Positions 15,786-25,276 are shown, counted from the stretch's first letter. The stretch: DNA of 25,425 bases from a virus (IMGVR_UViG_3300045424_000120:1-25425); one strand, 5' to 3'. Numbers and translations are program-made. Notes: generated from the sequence alone by a model not told the origin.

Positions 15786-16773
15786 TGTCAACTCCTAAGT
15801 GTCTGTCAAAAAACTCTGCAGCGTGTGTGTGCAAATGTATTCCAGGGTGCTTTCTTCCTTGCCATGGCTGGTCGGTACCGAACACCCAGTTATCTGTATC
15901 AAAATATGGATTATTATGTGAATCCTTGCATTTTTCAAATAGTCCTGGCTCATCAGTCAACAAGTCGTCATCAATTAAAAAGTTTTTAAAGAAGTCTTTG
16001 TTTTTTAATAGCTCAACAATAATTGCTTTTGTTTCAGTATTATAAGTAGACCAAAATAAATTAATGCCAGATTCACGGCAAAAGGATTCCATTGCATACA
16101 TTGACCATAGATTTTGATACAATCCATAATATGGCGAGATATAGTTTCTTGAATCAAATGGAATTTCTACATACTTTTCTCTAATCGTAATATCCCAATT
16201 GTTTAAAAACATGTCTCCCATAGCAAGTGGAACAATTTTCATGCCAGACCTAATTACATTGCTTCCCTCAGACATATGGTATTGAGTGTCATTTAAAAAT
16301 CTCAATCTAAATAGATCTGCTGCTAGCACAATAACATTTTTTGGTTTACCAAATTGATTACAATATAACATCAAGTCTTCTAAATGTTTTGCTATTCCAG
16401 TGCCAGGCACAGCCATATTTAAAATTTCAATATTTTTTGATTTTGAAAGTTGGCTTGTCCAGGTTTGATCTTCTGGTATACCTTGACCAAAACTTGTTGA
16501 GCAGCCAAACATTAATGTGTTTGTTGGGACATCTTTTGAAAATTCTCTTGCTCTATATCCTAAAGAATTTAAGCTATATACCTGAGTGTCTAGAATATCT
16601 ATATCATTGTTGCCTCGGCGTAAACCTTTTTCATTCCAATAAAAATCAGTATGAGACAACTCTGTTTTAAATATGTCATAGAATCTATCATCGCCAGAGT
16701 AAAATTTTTTTAAAGGGTGTAATCTTTTCTTTAGATCAAATGAATCATGCATAAAAATGTCTTTTGCATCCAT
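15745..16773 (-). CDS. SGNH-like protein
   Basis: NSLGYR, FGCSTSFG, NMAVPG, KHPG; start reassigned to ATG 16773. Confidence 0.75.
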   Translation of the reverse strand: MDAKDIFMHDSFDLKKRLHPLKKFYSGDDRFYDIFKTELSHTDFYWNEKGLRRGNNDIDILDTQVYSLNSLGYRAREFSKDVPTNTLMFGCSTSFGQGIPEDQTWTSQLSKSKNIEILNMAVPGTGIAKHLEDLMLYCNQFGKPKNVIVLAADLFRLRFLNDTQYHMSEGSNVIRSGMKIVPLAMGDMFLNNWDITIREKYVEIPFDSRNYISPYYGLYQNLWSMYAMESFCRESGINLFWSTYNTETKAIIVELLKNKDFFKNFLIDDDLLTDEPGLFEKCKDSHNNPYFDTDNWVFGTDQPWQGRKHPGIHLHTHAAEFFDRHLGVDNEGNLYKILHTEG

Positions 16774-16774
16774 G

Positions 16775-17179
16775 CTAAGCCTTCTTTGCCCTGACCTTAG
16801 CCAAAGCATCAAAATCTTTAACCTTAGTGTCTCCGAGGTAGCCCCAAGCATACCCATCTGCAATCATCTGTTCATTTATAGACATCTTCTGGTCGTCAAT
16901 AAATAGCCATCCAAGAATTCTTCCATATTTTTCAGAAGAATCCATTTTTTCAGTTTTAATCTTAATATTTTTTGCATCTTTAATCTTATACTTTAGATAC
17001 TCTTTTGCTTCAAGACCAAGTTTCTTTTCTGCCAAATCTTTTGTTCTAGATTCTGGCGTGTCAATGCCAGCAAGTCTTACTCTAGATGCAAACAAAATAT
17101 CAAAACCAAGATCGATGAGGACATCAATCGTATCCCCATCAACCACGGCTTCTACTTTTTTGACATAATACTCGTACAT
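16775..17179 (-). CDS. staphylococcal nuclease (SNase)-like nuclease
   Basis: VVDGDTI, RLAGIDTPE, KYGRIL, GYAW. Confidence 0.92.
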   Translation of the reverse strand: MYEYYVKKVEAVVDGDTIDVLIDLGFDILFASRVRLAGIDTPESRTKDLAEKKLGLEAKEYLKYKIKDAKNIKIKTEKMDSSEKYGRILGWLFIDDQKMSINEQMIADGYAWGYLGDTKVKDFDALAKVRAKKA

Positions 17180-17781
17180 TATTTGGTTTTCTTAACTGCA
17201 GCTTTCTTTACAGGAGCCGCCTTTTTTACTGACGCAGCGGCCTCGGCCTTCTTAGCGGCTGGCTTACCAAATGATGGTCTTCCAAATCCTACAATTCCTA
17301 CGATCTGGCTTCTACGAAGCTTTGATCCATTCTTCTTCTTGTAAGCACGATTCTTAAGGCAACACTCTCCGCCATTTCTTTGATCGCCCTTCTTATCTGC
17401 TGATGTGTTTCCTTCTACAACGTCGACTGTGCCATCTGTATTTACTGCTGCAACAATTCCAACATGAGAAATTCTATCGACACCATCTGATGGGAAATCA
17501 AAATAGGCTATATCTCCAACTGCTGGTGTTGCAACTTCTGCCATTTGCCATGCTCCTGCTTTAATAAACGCCTGTGCTCCTGCTGGGGTATACACGGTAT
17601 TTGGCACCTTTACTCCTGCTTGATCTGCACACCACATAACAAACGATCCGCACCATGGCTGAAAGTTTGATTTTGTAAACTTACCGTATTTTGTTTCGTT
17701 GTCTTTTGGACCTTCAATGGTTCCAACTTCGCCTAATGCTACTTCTACTAATCTTTCTGCTGATCCTTGTGGTGCTGCCAT
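17179..17781 (-). CDS. CHAP-domain cell-wall hydrolase (putative lysin)
   Basis: PWCGSFV, HVGIV, EGN; Lys/Ala-rich tail. Confidence 0.9.
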   Translation of the reverse strand: MAAPQGSAERLVEVALGEVGTIEGPKDNETKYGKFTKSNFQPWCGSFVMWCADQAGVKVPNTVYTPAGAQAFIKAGAWQMAEVATPAVGDIAYFDFPSDGVDRISHVGIVAAVNTDGTVDVVEGNTSADKKGDQRNGGECCLKNRAYKKKNGSKLRRSQIVGIVGFGRPSFGKPAAKKAEAAASVKKAAPVKKAAVKKTK

Positions 17782-17869
17782 TTTGTTTCTCCTATGTTAT
17801 TGTGGCTGGAGGCTACAAATTAGCCACCTTACCAATTTTTGTATCTATGAATCTTAGTATACCATAATT

Positions 17870-18862
17870 TTATTTTGTGGTTTTTTTAACAATAAAATTA
17901 TAAAAATCTTCCGCAGCGTGTAGGTGCCAATGGAAACCGTTGTGAGCTCCCCTGCCATTATTTTTTACCCTATCAGCCGCTATGTGGTAAAGAAACTCTT
18001 TACTCAATTCTGCATGGCAATTAATTTGTTTTTCTAGAATCTCTTCTGTCCAGGGCTCTTGTGGAACTGTAATAACGCCGTCTTCTACTTCACGCCTAAA
18101 CCAAAAGTTTGCATCAATCCAGCAATAATTTTTGTGGTACCCAGGATATTTTTTTTCAATTTGCTCAAACAAACTTTGCTGGTACGGGGTAGCCCATATA
18201 CTCCAAACAAAATTAATGTTATTGGTTTCACAGTACTGCTCTAGTGCATCCAGCATTATTCTGTCATAGAAAAAAGCAATTTTGTTTGAAATTACTTCTG
18301 GTGGGGTGTATGGAGCTTTTGCAATTTTTGCTAAATCATCTCCGTATAGATCTGCGGTTAAAATATAATCTTTATCAGATGTAGGATTATTTAGCATAGC
18401 CGCTTGCATAAAGAACTGGGAGGCATTCTGCATTTCGCCTTTTAAAAACGGGTAAGAAAATCTATTCATTGGAAATAAAGCAACAATAGTTTTTGGATGT
18501 CCGTAAGTTTTAAAGTAAAAAAAACATTTTGCAACTTGTCCAGCAAGCGAATCTCCGCCGACTGCTAACGATGAAAAGGTAGAGTTTAGTTTTTTAGATA
18601 AAATATATGGATACCTAAGATCTTCTGGCAGGCCGTCGCCTCTAGTATACGAGTCACCTAAAAATAAAATATCTGCTTTATTTTCAAAAGGCTGGCTTCT
18701 GTAGCCTAAATCATTTTTAACATATTCAATTGGGATTATGTCTTCATTATGAGTTGGCCCATGGTTAAAAAGGTTTATGCTTTTTATTAGAAGGTTTTCC
18801 CAGTTTAGAAGATCATTCTTCCATCCTTTTGAAACTCCGCTATTGATTTTCTTTTGATCCAT
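17870..18862 (-). CDS. SGNH-like protein
   Basis: NDLGYR, FLGDSYTRG, AHNG; ATG 18862 is 7 nt after TGGTATACT. Confidence 0.75.
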   Translation of the reverse strand: MDQKKINSGVSKGWKNDLLNWENLLIKSINLFNHGPTHNEDIIPIEYVKNDLGYRSQPFENKADILFLGDSYTRGDGLPEDLRYPYILSKKLNSTFSSLAVGGDSLAGQVAKCFFYFKTYGHPKTIVALFPMNRFSYPFLKGEMQNASQFFMQAAMLNNPTSDKDYILTADLYGDDLAKIAKAPYTPPEVISNKIAFFYDRIMLDALEQYCETNNINFVWSIWATPYQQSLFEQIEKKYPGYHKNYCWIDANFWFRREVEDGVITVPQEPWTEEILEKQINCHAELSKEFLYHIAADRVKNNGRGAHNGFHWHLHAAEDFYNFIVKKTTK

Positions 18863-18895
18863 AACTCTCAGTATACCATAATTCTCAGCAATCAA

Positions 18896-19444
18896 TTAAG
18901 ACGATGGCTGGTAATCTATAAAATAATCTTTCGGAGAAAATCCTGAGCTAAGGGTATATCGCTCTTTTCCTTTTAGCATAGTTACATGATGCTTATATTT
19001 ACTATAAAATATAAAAAGCTTTCCAGCTGTCGGATTAAATTCTATATCTAAATCATCAAACACTAATGCCCCACCTTCAAAACCATCATTAAGATAAAGC
19101 AGATATATTACTGCATCTTCTGGGTCAAAATGAGAGCCCATGTCTGTTCCTGGTATCATTTTTGAAGACAGTATGTTTGGAAAATGAGAATATTCATTTT
19201 TATCTACGCCAACCTTTTGCATAAACTCATATACAAGTGGGTGCACATTATTTTTTACAAGCTCTTTTAAGTAAGACTGCTCTTCTGATTCTAATTTTTC
19301 TGCATGAAAATCTATCTTCATTGTTAATTGAGTTCTGTGGCTGACCTCTAAAAATTTATCATTTATTTTATTAAAACAATCAAAAATTTTATCAAAATCA
19401 AGGTCTAAATCACAGATAGCAATATGCTCATGTATGAATTCCAT
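18896..19444 (-). CDS. 2OG-Fe(II) oxygenase
   Basis: HFD, YLNDGFEGG, HHV, ERY. Confidence 0.9.
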   Translation of the reverse strand: MEFIHEHIAICDLDLDFDKIFDCFNKINDKFLEVSHRTQLTMKIDFHAEKLESEEQSYLKELVKNNVHPLVYEFMQKVGVDKNEYSHFPNILSSKMIPGTDMGSHFDPEDAVIYLLYLNDGFEGGALVFDDLDIEFNPTAGKLFIFYSKYKHHVTMLKGKERYTLSSGFSPKDYFIDYQPSS

Positions 19445-19480
19445 AAATATCAGTATACCATTCTTCTAAATTTTTATAGA

Positions 19481-19556
19481 TGGTGTCCCCAGATGGGCTC
19501 GAACCATCGACCCGCAGATTAAAAGTCTGCTGCTCTACCAACTGAGCTATAGGAAC
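19481..19556 (-). tRNA. tRNA-Lys(TTT)
   Basis: Full cloverleaf, GCAGA-CTTTTAA-TCTGC, encoded CCA. Confidence 0.95.
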
Positions 19557-19557
19557 G

Positions 19558-19629
19558 CACCCCTGGCTGGGATCGAACCAGCGACAAACAGATTAGAAGT
19601 CTGTTGCTCTTCCGCTGAGCTACAGAGGT
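19558..19629 (-). tRNA. tRNA-Arg(TCT)
   Basis: ACCTCTG/CAGGGGT acceptor, ACAGA-CTTCTAA-TCTGT. Confidence 0.93.
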
Positions 19630-19630
19630 G

Positions 19631-19704
19631 TGTGCCAGGTAGGACTTGAACCTACGATTACCGAATTATGAGTTCGGGGCTTTAACCAACTAAGCTACTG
19701 GCAC
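19631..19704 (-). tRNA. tRNA with CAT anticodon (Ile2 or elongator Met)
   Basis: GTGCCAG/CTGGCAC acceptor, CCGAA-CTCATAA-TTCGG; no initiator features. Confidence 0.9.
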
Positions 19705-19714
19705 CAGTTGGTTA

Positions 19715-19743
19715 ATTATATACAAATTAATTAAGCCTGTCAA
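19715..19743 (-). promoter_or_regulatory. perfect consensus promoter for the tRNA cluster
   Basis: TTGACA-17-TATAAT. Confidence 0.9.
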
Positions 19744-19829
19744 TAGATATACTTTTTTACTGTGTTCTTTTTTTTATTTTTTATTTTCCAAATAATATAT
19801 TTAATTAGTCTTATTGTATTTTGTTTCAT
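19740..19829 (-). CDS. Lys-rich micro-protein ending KYIY (29 aa)
   Basis: MKQNTIRLIKYIIWKIKNKKKNTVKKYIY; overlaps the end of the SGNH-like gene. Confidence 0.55.
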   Translation of the reverse strand: MKQNTIRLIKYIIWKIKNKKKNTVKKYIY

Positions 19830-20730
19830 CAAATATCCTATCTGCCCAGTATTGATGATAAGAGCACCCAAAATGTCCGTCTCGCTTTACCAAGTTTTTT
19901 TCAAACCCTTCGTACCTATACTCTCTTTGGCGTCTAAAAAATTTATCTTGTGCAAAATAGCCCTCTGGGAATTCCATTGGTATAAAATTTTTAAAAGGTA
20001 GCTTCTTAAATAAAGGGGTCTGCTCTTCACTTATCAGAGACCAAGCAAATTTAATATTATTTTCTATACAATAAACTTCAAATTCTGCCATTGCAGACAA
20101 GTTATTAAATAAAAATGACAGGTATGTTCCTTTGTTGTAGAAAATTCCAGAAGGCTCAGATATTGGCATGCCCCATTGAACATTATTTGAGGCGGTTGAC
20201 ACATATCCCCTATACGAATCAGGAATCATCATGTATATCTCATCTGGTTTCCCATACTCTTTTTCATATTTCCTATACCTAATTATTTGCTCCAAAGGAC
20301 CAGAACCTGAAACTGCTATATTAAAATAACCAGTGCTTTCTTCAATTTCTGATAATTTTTTATAAAGTATGTGGGCCCAGGCTTCATCCAAATTACCTCC
20401 AATACCAACTGTTTCAGAGCATCCCATGAATAGTATATGTTTTTTATCATGCTCTTTTTTAAATTCATCACATCTAAATCCTAAAGTGTTCCATGTGTAT
20501 GTGACTGAGTAGTCGTCGTCAACCCCTCTCAGAAGCTCACTTGGAAATATAGTAGTATTTTTTTTAAGCGCTTCGTCCCGTTGATAATTTGACAATACAT
20601 TACGTTCTCCAAAAAGAGTATTCTGCACAATATCAAAAATATCCTTATAGTTTAAATCTTCTATGCCGTTTAAAAATGTTTTGATCCCACGAACTCTTGA
20701 ATTTATTAGATCATAAACTGATTTGTCCAT
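19801..20730 (-). CDS. SGNH-like protein
   Basis: NTLGFR, FMGCSETVG, NIAVSG, RDGHFG. Confidence 0.78.
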   Translation of the reverse strand: MDKSVYDLINSRVRGIKTFLNGIEDLNYKDIFDIVQNTLFGERNVLSNYQRDEALKKNTTIFPSELLRGVDDDYSVTYTWNTLGFRCDEFKKEHDKKHILFMGCSETVGIGGNLDEAWAHILYKKLSEIEESTGYFNIAVSGSGPLEQIIRYRKYEKEYGKPDEIYMMIPDSYRGYVSTASNNVQWGMPISEPSGIFYNKGTYLSFLFNNLSAMAEFEVYCIENNIKFAWSLISEEQTPLFKKLPFKNFIPMEFPEGYFAQDKFFRRQREYRYEGFEKNLVKRDGHFGCSYHQYWADRIFDETKYNKTN

Positions 20731-22156
20731 TATTTGCTCCTATTATTTTTGTATTATAAGCTTTTTCCCACATAATAATATCATTTTTATCATTAAGCAA
20801 TGGCTGTCCCTTTATATTTAAACTTGTATTTAATAAAATTGGTACACCAGTTTTTAAATAAAATTTATTTATTGCTCTGTAAAGACCAGGGTGCTGCTCT
20901 CTAGTTACAGTTTGTACTCTTGATGTTCCATCTGCATGCACTACTGAAGGTACTTTTTCTGGCTGAAGGCACTTGACGGTATACTGCATGTATGGGCTTT
21001 CAAAATCCATATCAAACCATTTATGTGCGTGATCTGCAAGAACTACTGGCGCAAAGGGTCTAAAAAGTTCTCTTTGCTTTATTAGATTAACTTTATCTTT
21101 AATGTTTGGGTCCCTCGGATCGGCCAATATACTTCTATTTCCTAGTGCTCTTGGTCCATACTCTGCTCGGCCAGAAGCCACCGCAACAATGCCGTCTTTA
21201 AGTATTCCATCAACAATTTCTTGAACTGGGTATTCTCCGCCTAAATCATAACCAAGATAAGGATTTTTCCAATCAAGATGTTTCCCATATAGGGCCGCCG
21301 CTGCCCCCAAAGAACTACCAGCATCTCCTGGATTTGGCATGATCCAAATCATATCAAATATATTCCATAATAAAGTATTTGCTGACGAGTTTAGAGCACA
21401 ACCTCCCATAAACACTAAGTTTTTTTTACCAGTGATATCTTTTGCCATACGCATAAAACTATTTAATCTTTGTTCATAAACCATTTGAACAGAAGCAGCG
21501 ATATCAAATCTATCTTTCTCTGTAATTGGCATTCCCCAATCAGCTATTCCCTTATGAAAATTATATTTTTGCTGATCATGTCTTGGGAAATACTCATCAA
21601 CCTCCTTATAGTATCTTTGCCAGTCACCATAGGCAGCCATGCCCATCATAATATACTCTTCTTGATTTGGCATAAGGCCAATTAGTTGTGTGAATGCGGA
21701 GTAAAATAGTCCAAAACTTGTTGGATAATTTTGTTTATACTTTAACTTAATTTTTTCGCCTTCTCCAACCCAAATTGTTGAAGTGTTGTACTCTCCTATT
21801 GCATCTAAAACAACTATGCAGGCATCATTAAATGAACTTGTGTAATAGCCAGCTGCTGCGTGTGAGTAGTGATGTTTAAAGTAATGCACTGGAATTTTCA
21901 TTGGAAAGTTTGGCTTCCAGTCGCTGGCCCCGCCATGAATAGCCATCCTAGATTTTTTAAGCAGTGGTTTTTCGTAATATGCAATTGCATCTGGCGTTCC
22001 GTAGTTTAGGGCATCAAGTATAATTTCTTTATTGTTATACCAGTCATTTTTTTTCTTACTATATCTCTCAGCATGTCCAGCAAAAAGAATTTCTCCATCT
22101 TTAATTAAAGATACAGATGCGTCATGAGATGTTTCATTAATTCCTAGAATTATCAT
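20711..22156 (-). CDS. NodU/CmcH/TobZ-family O-carbamoyltransferase
   Basis: HDAS, ERYS, HHYSHAA, DAIGE, GGCALN, EYGPRALGNRSIL, RPFAP, HADGTSRVQTV, LNTSLN. Confidence 0.95.
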   Translation of the reverse strand: MIILGINETSHDASVSLIKDGEILFAGHAERYSKKKNDWYNNKEIILDALNYGTPDAIAYYEKPLLKKSRMAIHGGASDWKPNFPMKIPVHYFKHHYSHAAAGYYTSSFNDACIVVLDAIGEYNTSTIWVGEGEKIKLKYKQNYPTSFGLFYSAFTQLIGLMPNQEEYIMMGMAAYGDWQRYYKEVDEYFPRHDQQKYNFHKGIADWGMPITEKDRFDIAASVQMVYEQRLNSFMRMAKDITGKKNLVFMGGCALNSSANTLLWNIFDMIWIMPNPGDAGSSLGAAAALYGKHLDWKNPYLGYDLGGEYPVQEIVDGILKDGIVAVASGRAEYGPRALGNRSILADPRDPNIKDKVNLIKQRELFRPFAPVVLADHAHKWFDMDFESPYMQYTVKCLQPEKVPSVVHADGTSRVQTVTREQHPGLYRAINKFYLKTGVPILLNTSLNIKGQPLLNDKNDIIMWEKAYNTKIIGANNGQISL

Positions 22157-22382
22157 TGGTAAAATCCAGTTCTACTATTTGTTGCACATATTCTGAAAAG
22201 TGTTTTCTTATAGATCCCATTGGCCTTGATCCAAAAGATTCCCATAGCCTTCTATACTCTATTATATTTTGCAATGTAGTGGGGCACACAATCATTCCAT
22301 TATATGTTTTCATAGTAGTTGGAAGTGGCACATGCTTAGTGCAACACTTACATTGTTTTGCCAGCTCTTGATATTCGCTCAT
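22137..22382 (-). CDS. Cys-containing hypothetical protein
   Basis: CKCC...CPT; overlaps both neighbours. Confidence 0.7.
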   Translation of the reverse strand: MSEYQELAKQCKCCTKHVPLPTTMKTYNGMIVCPTTLQNIIEYRRLWESFGSRPMGSIRKHFSEYVQQIVELDFTNDNSRN

Positions 22383-24181
22383 ATTATTTGCATCCTGTCC
22401 ATTACTTCCCTAAGATCTTGAGGCATTCTTGGTGCTCTGATCATATTATAAGATGTTGTGTCTGGGTCATCTTTAGCCCCAAAATCATTATCATAGCTCA
22501 TTGATTCATAAGTATGTACATTTATCTCTTGATTATTATCAAATCTTGTTCTGCTAATTGAATTAAATATTGCTCCGCATGTAGCATCTGCTAAGTCTTT
22601 AGACCCTTTTCTTGGGTGGTCAACCTTGTCCCTCATAATTCTAAGCTGGCATAGTTCGTCTATAAGTAAAGGGATGTGAGGTCCAATTAGTCTCTCTTCC
22701 GCCACAATCATAGCCATATCGTCATAATGTTTTTTAGCGACAGATAGAATCTCTGTATTGATGCCATATTGTTTTAGCTGTTGCATCATATCATGAGAGT
22801 TCCATCTGTCAAAGGTACATATTGCTATATTAAATCCTCTTGTTTTTAAAGAAAGAATATAATCTTTTACTTCAGTAAAGTCAACCGACTTGTCTGGGGT
22901 TGGTGTCCAGTATCTAACAGCATCAACTTCTACAATTGGGGCTGGCTGAGAATAGGTGTCTGTAACCTTTACATTAACCCACTTGTTTACATGAGCCATT
23001 GTTACTGCACAGTGGTCATGCTTTTGGGCCAAGTCTACGTGAATATAATATTTTTTATCTGGGTCTGGTATGAACCATTCTTCGAGTCTGCCAAAATTAT
23101 CTACCGCAATTGATCCAACATTAAAAGCTTTTTCTACTTTCTCTCTAGACTTAAAAAATGCATCTACTGCGTCTGGTGGCATGCAGGCAAATCTTGAAAG
23201 GGCGTCTGTCGGGTTAGTGTAAAAGGCTGTTTTAAAGTCATCAATCTTTCTAACTGGATTAATCTCCCAAGTTGGGCGCTTGATAGCATAAACCTTTGGT
23301 ATCTTGTAGGATATTATATGGTCTTCTTCCCACTGTATTTCAAATTCATTACCCTCTGTGCCATCTGGCAGCTCCTCGTACATCTTAAATTTATGCTCTC
23401 TAATTACAGTTTCTTTTTCGCCAATCACTGCATCGTATCTTTGCTGTATATAATCATTCTTAAATCTAGGGAATGATAGCAATATAACTTTACCAAAGTC
23501 TGGGAAGCGTGAGTCTACTGATGCTCTATACATATCATAAACTGCGCTGCCTGTTTTAGCCTGATCGTGACCAGTTGTATTTTCAATTGCAAAACCAGAA
23601 ATCTCGTCAAGGATAACAACAAGAACGTTGTATCCCTCCCAAGCTTCCCTCTCTGAGTGCCCTGAGTGAACCGTTATAGCCTTCTGGAATTGAATTTCAG
23701 ATGCTTTGGCATAGTACTTACCAACAAACCATGGCGACTTGTCTATGCGGCTCCTGAAGCCTTTAAAAAATACGTTGCTAGCCTGCTGTGAGTTAATTGC
23801 AATGTTAATAATATCAATAGAGTCACCTGGAGGTTTCCCGTAATATGTTGCTGGGTCCTTTAGACATAATAGTAAATATACTATATACGCCACTGCAATT
23901 GTTGAGCAGTAGTCTTTTCCAGAACCTTTTCCTAGCTGTGCGACAACTTCGTTTGCCGTTTGCTTAAATCTAATAGACCCTTCTTCGTCTCCAAATAATT
24001 TTTTTAATGTTGCTTCTTTATATATCTGTGAGCTTTTTTCAATCAATGTATACTGATAATCAGAAAGTGGTGGTAGTCCTAAATAGTTTGGATCGTTTAC
24101 AAAAGTACGAAGATCTACTGGCTTTTCTTCAAACTCTTCGCCATCTAAAATATCAATTAAATCAGAAAAATCAAAGCTCAT
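22379..24181 (-). CDS. terL: terminase large subunit
   Basis: Walker A GKGSGKD, Walker B VVILDE, nuclease HVDLA, FDRW, KDLADA. Confidence 0.92.
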   Translation of the reverse strand: MSFDFSDLIDILDGEEFEEKPVDLRTFVNDPNYLGLPPLSDYQYTLIEKSSQIYKEATLKKLFGDEEGSIRFKQTANEVVAQLGKGSGKDYCSTIAVAYIVYLLLCLKDPATYYGKPPGDSIDIINIAINSQQASNVFFKGFRSRIDKSPWFVGKYYAKASEIQFQKAITVHSGHSEREAWEGYNVLVVILDEISGFAIENTTGHDQAKTGSAVYDMYRASVDSRFPDFGKVILLSFPRFKNDYIQQRYDAVIGEKETVIREHKFKMYEELPDGTEGNEFEIQWEEDHIISYKIPKVYAIKRPTWEINPVRKIDDFKTAFYTNPTDALSRFACMPPDAVDAFFKSREKVEKAFNVGSIAVDNFGRLEEWFIPDPDKKYYIHVDLAQKHDHCAVTMAHVNKWVNVKVTDTYSQPAPIVEVDAVRYWTPTPDKSVDFTEVKDYILSLKTRGFNIAICTFDRWNSHDMMQQLKQYGINTEILSVAKKHYDDMAMIVAEERLIGPHIPLLIDELCQLRIMRDKVDHPRKGSKDLADATCGAIFNSISRTRFDNNQEINVHTYESMSYDNDFGAKDDPDTTSYNMIRAPRMPQDLREVMDRMQII

Positions 24182-24743
24182 CTTTACTCATTTTAAATTT
24201 TTCTGTATAGGAAGATGTGTAGCTATACCTTATTCCATTTATTGGTGGATTAGTGCCATGCAATATGTCTGCAGCATGTATAACTAAATCTCCAGGGCTT
24301 GGTTTATGCGTTAACCCAAGTTCTGGGTAGTATATTTCGCCTTGCTCATATTCATCATTAAAGTAATAAACTAATCCAAATCTTGGGTAATTGCCAACAA
24401 TAAAATCTTCACCTTCAATATATTTTTTTGCTGCTTCTAAAATGTGTCCAGAGTTATTTATGTCAACGTGCTCGCCGTAAGTTACCCCAGAGCTAAGTCT
24501 ATTAACATTTAAATTAAATACTGGGTCCAAGCCCTCTGGGCATATGCTAGCAATCTTATCTCTTAATGGGTCTACGGTTTCTGTTCTCAAAATAAAAATT
24601 GCATTTTCGCCATGCCCTACGCTATACCATGATTCTTCTTTTTCAGACAGTATTAGGTTTAACATTGTAGAGTTTTCTTCTTTATTCAAAAAATTTTTAT
24701 ATAGATATACATTCGGTGCAATTTCTTTTGAGCCATCAAACAT
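24171..24743 (-). CDS. 2OG-Fe(II) oxygenase
   Basis: HVD, YFNDEYEQGE, LHGT, IRY. Confidence 0.88.
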   Translation of the reverse strand: MFDGSKEIAPNVYLYKNFLNKEENSTMLNLILSEKEESWYSVGHGENAIFILRTETVDPLRDKIASICPEGLDPVFNLNVNRLSSGVTYGEHVDINNSGHILEAAKKYIEGEDFIVGNYPRFGLVYYFNDEYEQGEIYYPELGLTHKPSPGDLVIHAADILHGTNPPINGIRYSYTSSYTEKFKMSKDEL

Positions 24744-25276
24744 TACACGACCTCTGATTCTATTATTACAGACTCTACAATCCCAGTAATTTGAGAAAGT
24801 CTTTTTGCAACATCCATTTTACACTTTGGACAAGAAGCAGTAACCTCTTTTAATATACCAACTAAGACTTCTTGTTTTCTTTCTGTCTCTGCAATTTGAG
24901 ATGCTATCTGAGTGTTTTCTAGTACACCAACAGACTGAAGCATAGCTATTCTCTTGGTCTCTATGTCTGCTATTAGCTTTAAGGCACTAGCCTTAACATT
25001 TAGCTGCCCCTGCGTGTCCGCATCTTCTACGGTCTTCCAGGCCTCTTTAATAAGCATTGCATAGTGTTGATCTGCTCCAGATATTGCTTCCCTCGCACGA
25101 TCACGTATATTGCTGTCGTTATGAACAACGCCCTTCCACTCATCAATAAATTCTAAAACTTCTTTTCTGGAAAACCCAGTTGATGTGGCTATCTGTGTTG
25201 CGGAATTTCCTTTTAGGAGCTCTTCTACAACTTTATTCATGCGGTCAAAATGGACAGCTGGTTCTATTTCGTTCAT
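24743..25276 (-). CDS. probable terminase small subunit (N-terminal HTH)
   Basis: HTH-like SATQIA...FSRKEV, helical body, position upstream of terL. Confidence 0.6.
   Translation of the reverse strand: MNEIEPAVHFDRMNKVVEELLKGNSATQIATSTGFSRKEVLEFIDEWKGVVHNDSNIRDRAREAISGADQHYAMLIKEAWKTVEDADTQGQLNVKASALKLIADIETKRIAMLQSVGVLENTQIASQIAETERKQEVLVGILKEVTASCPKCKMDVAKRLSQITGIVESVIIESEVV

Noticed and set aside
16774-16863. N-terminal extension of ORF 15745-16863
   Set aside because: Overlaps the nuclease gene; ATG 16773 directly follows its stop
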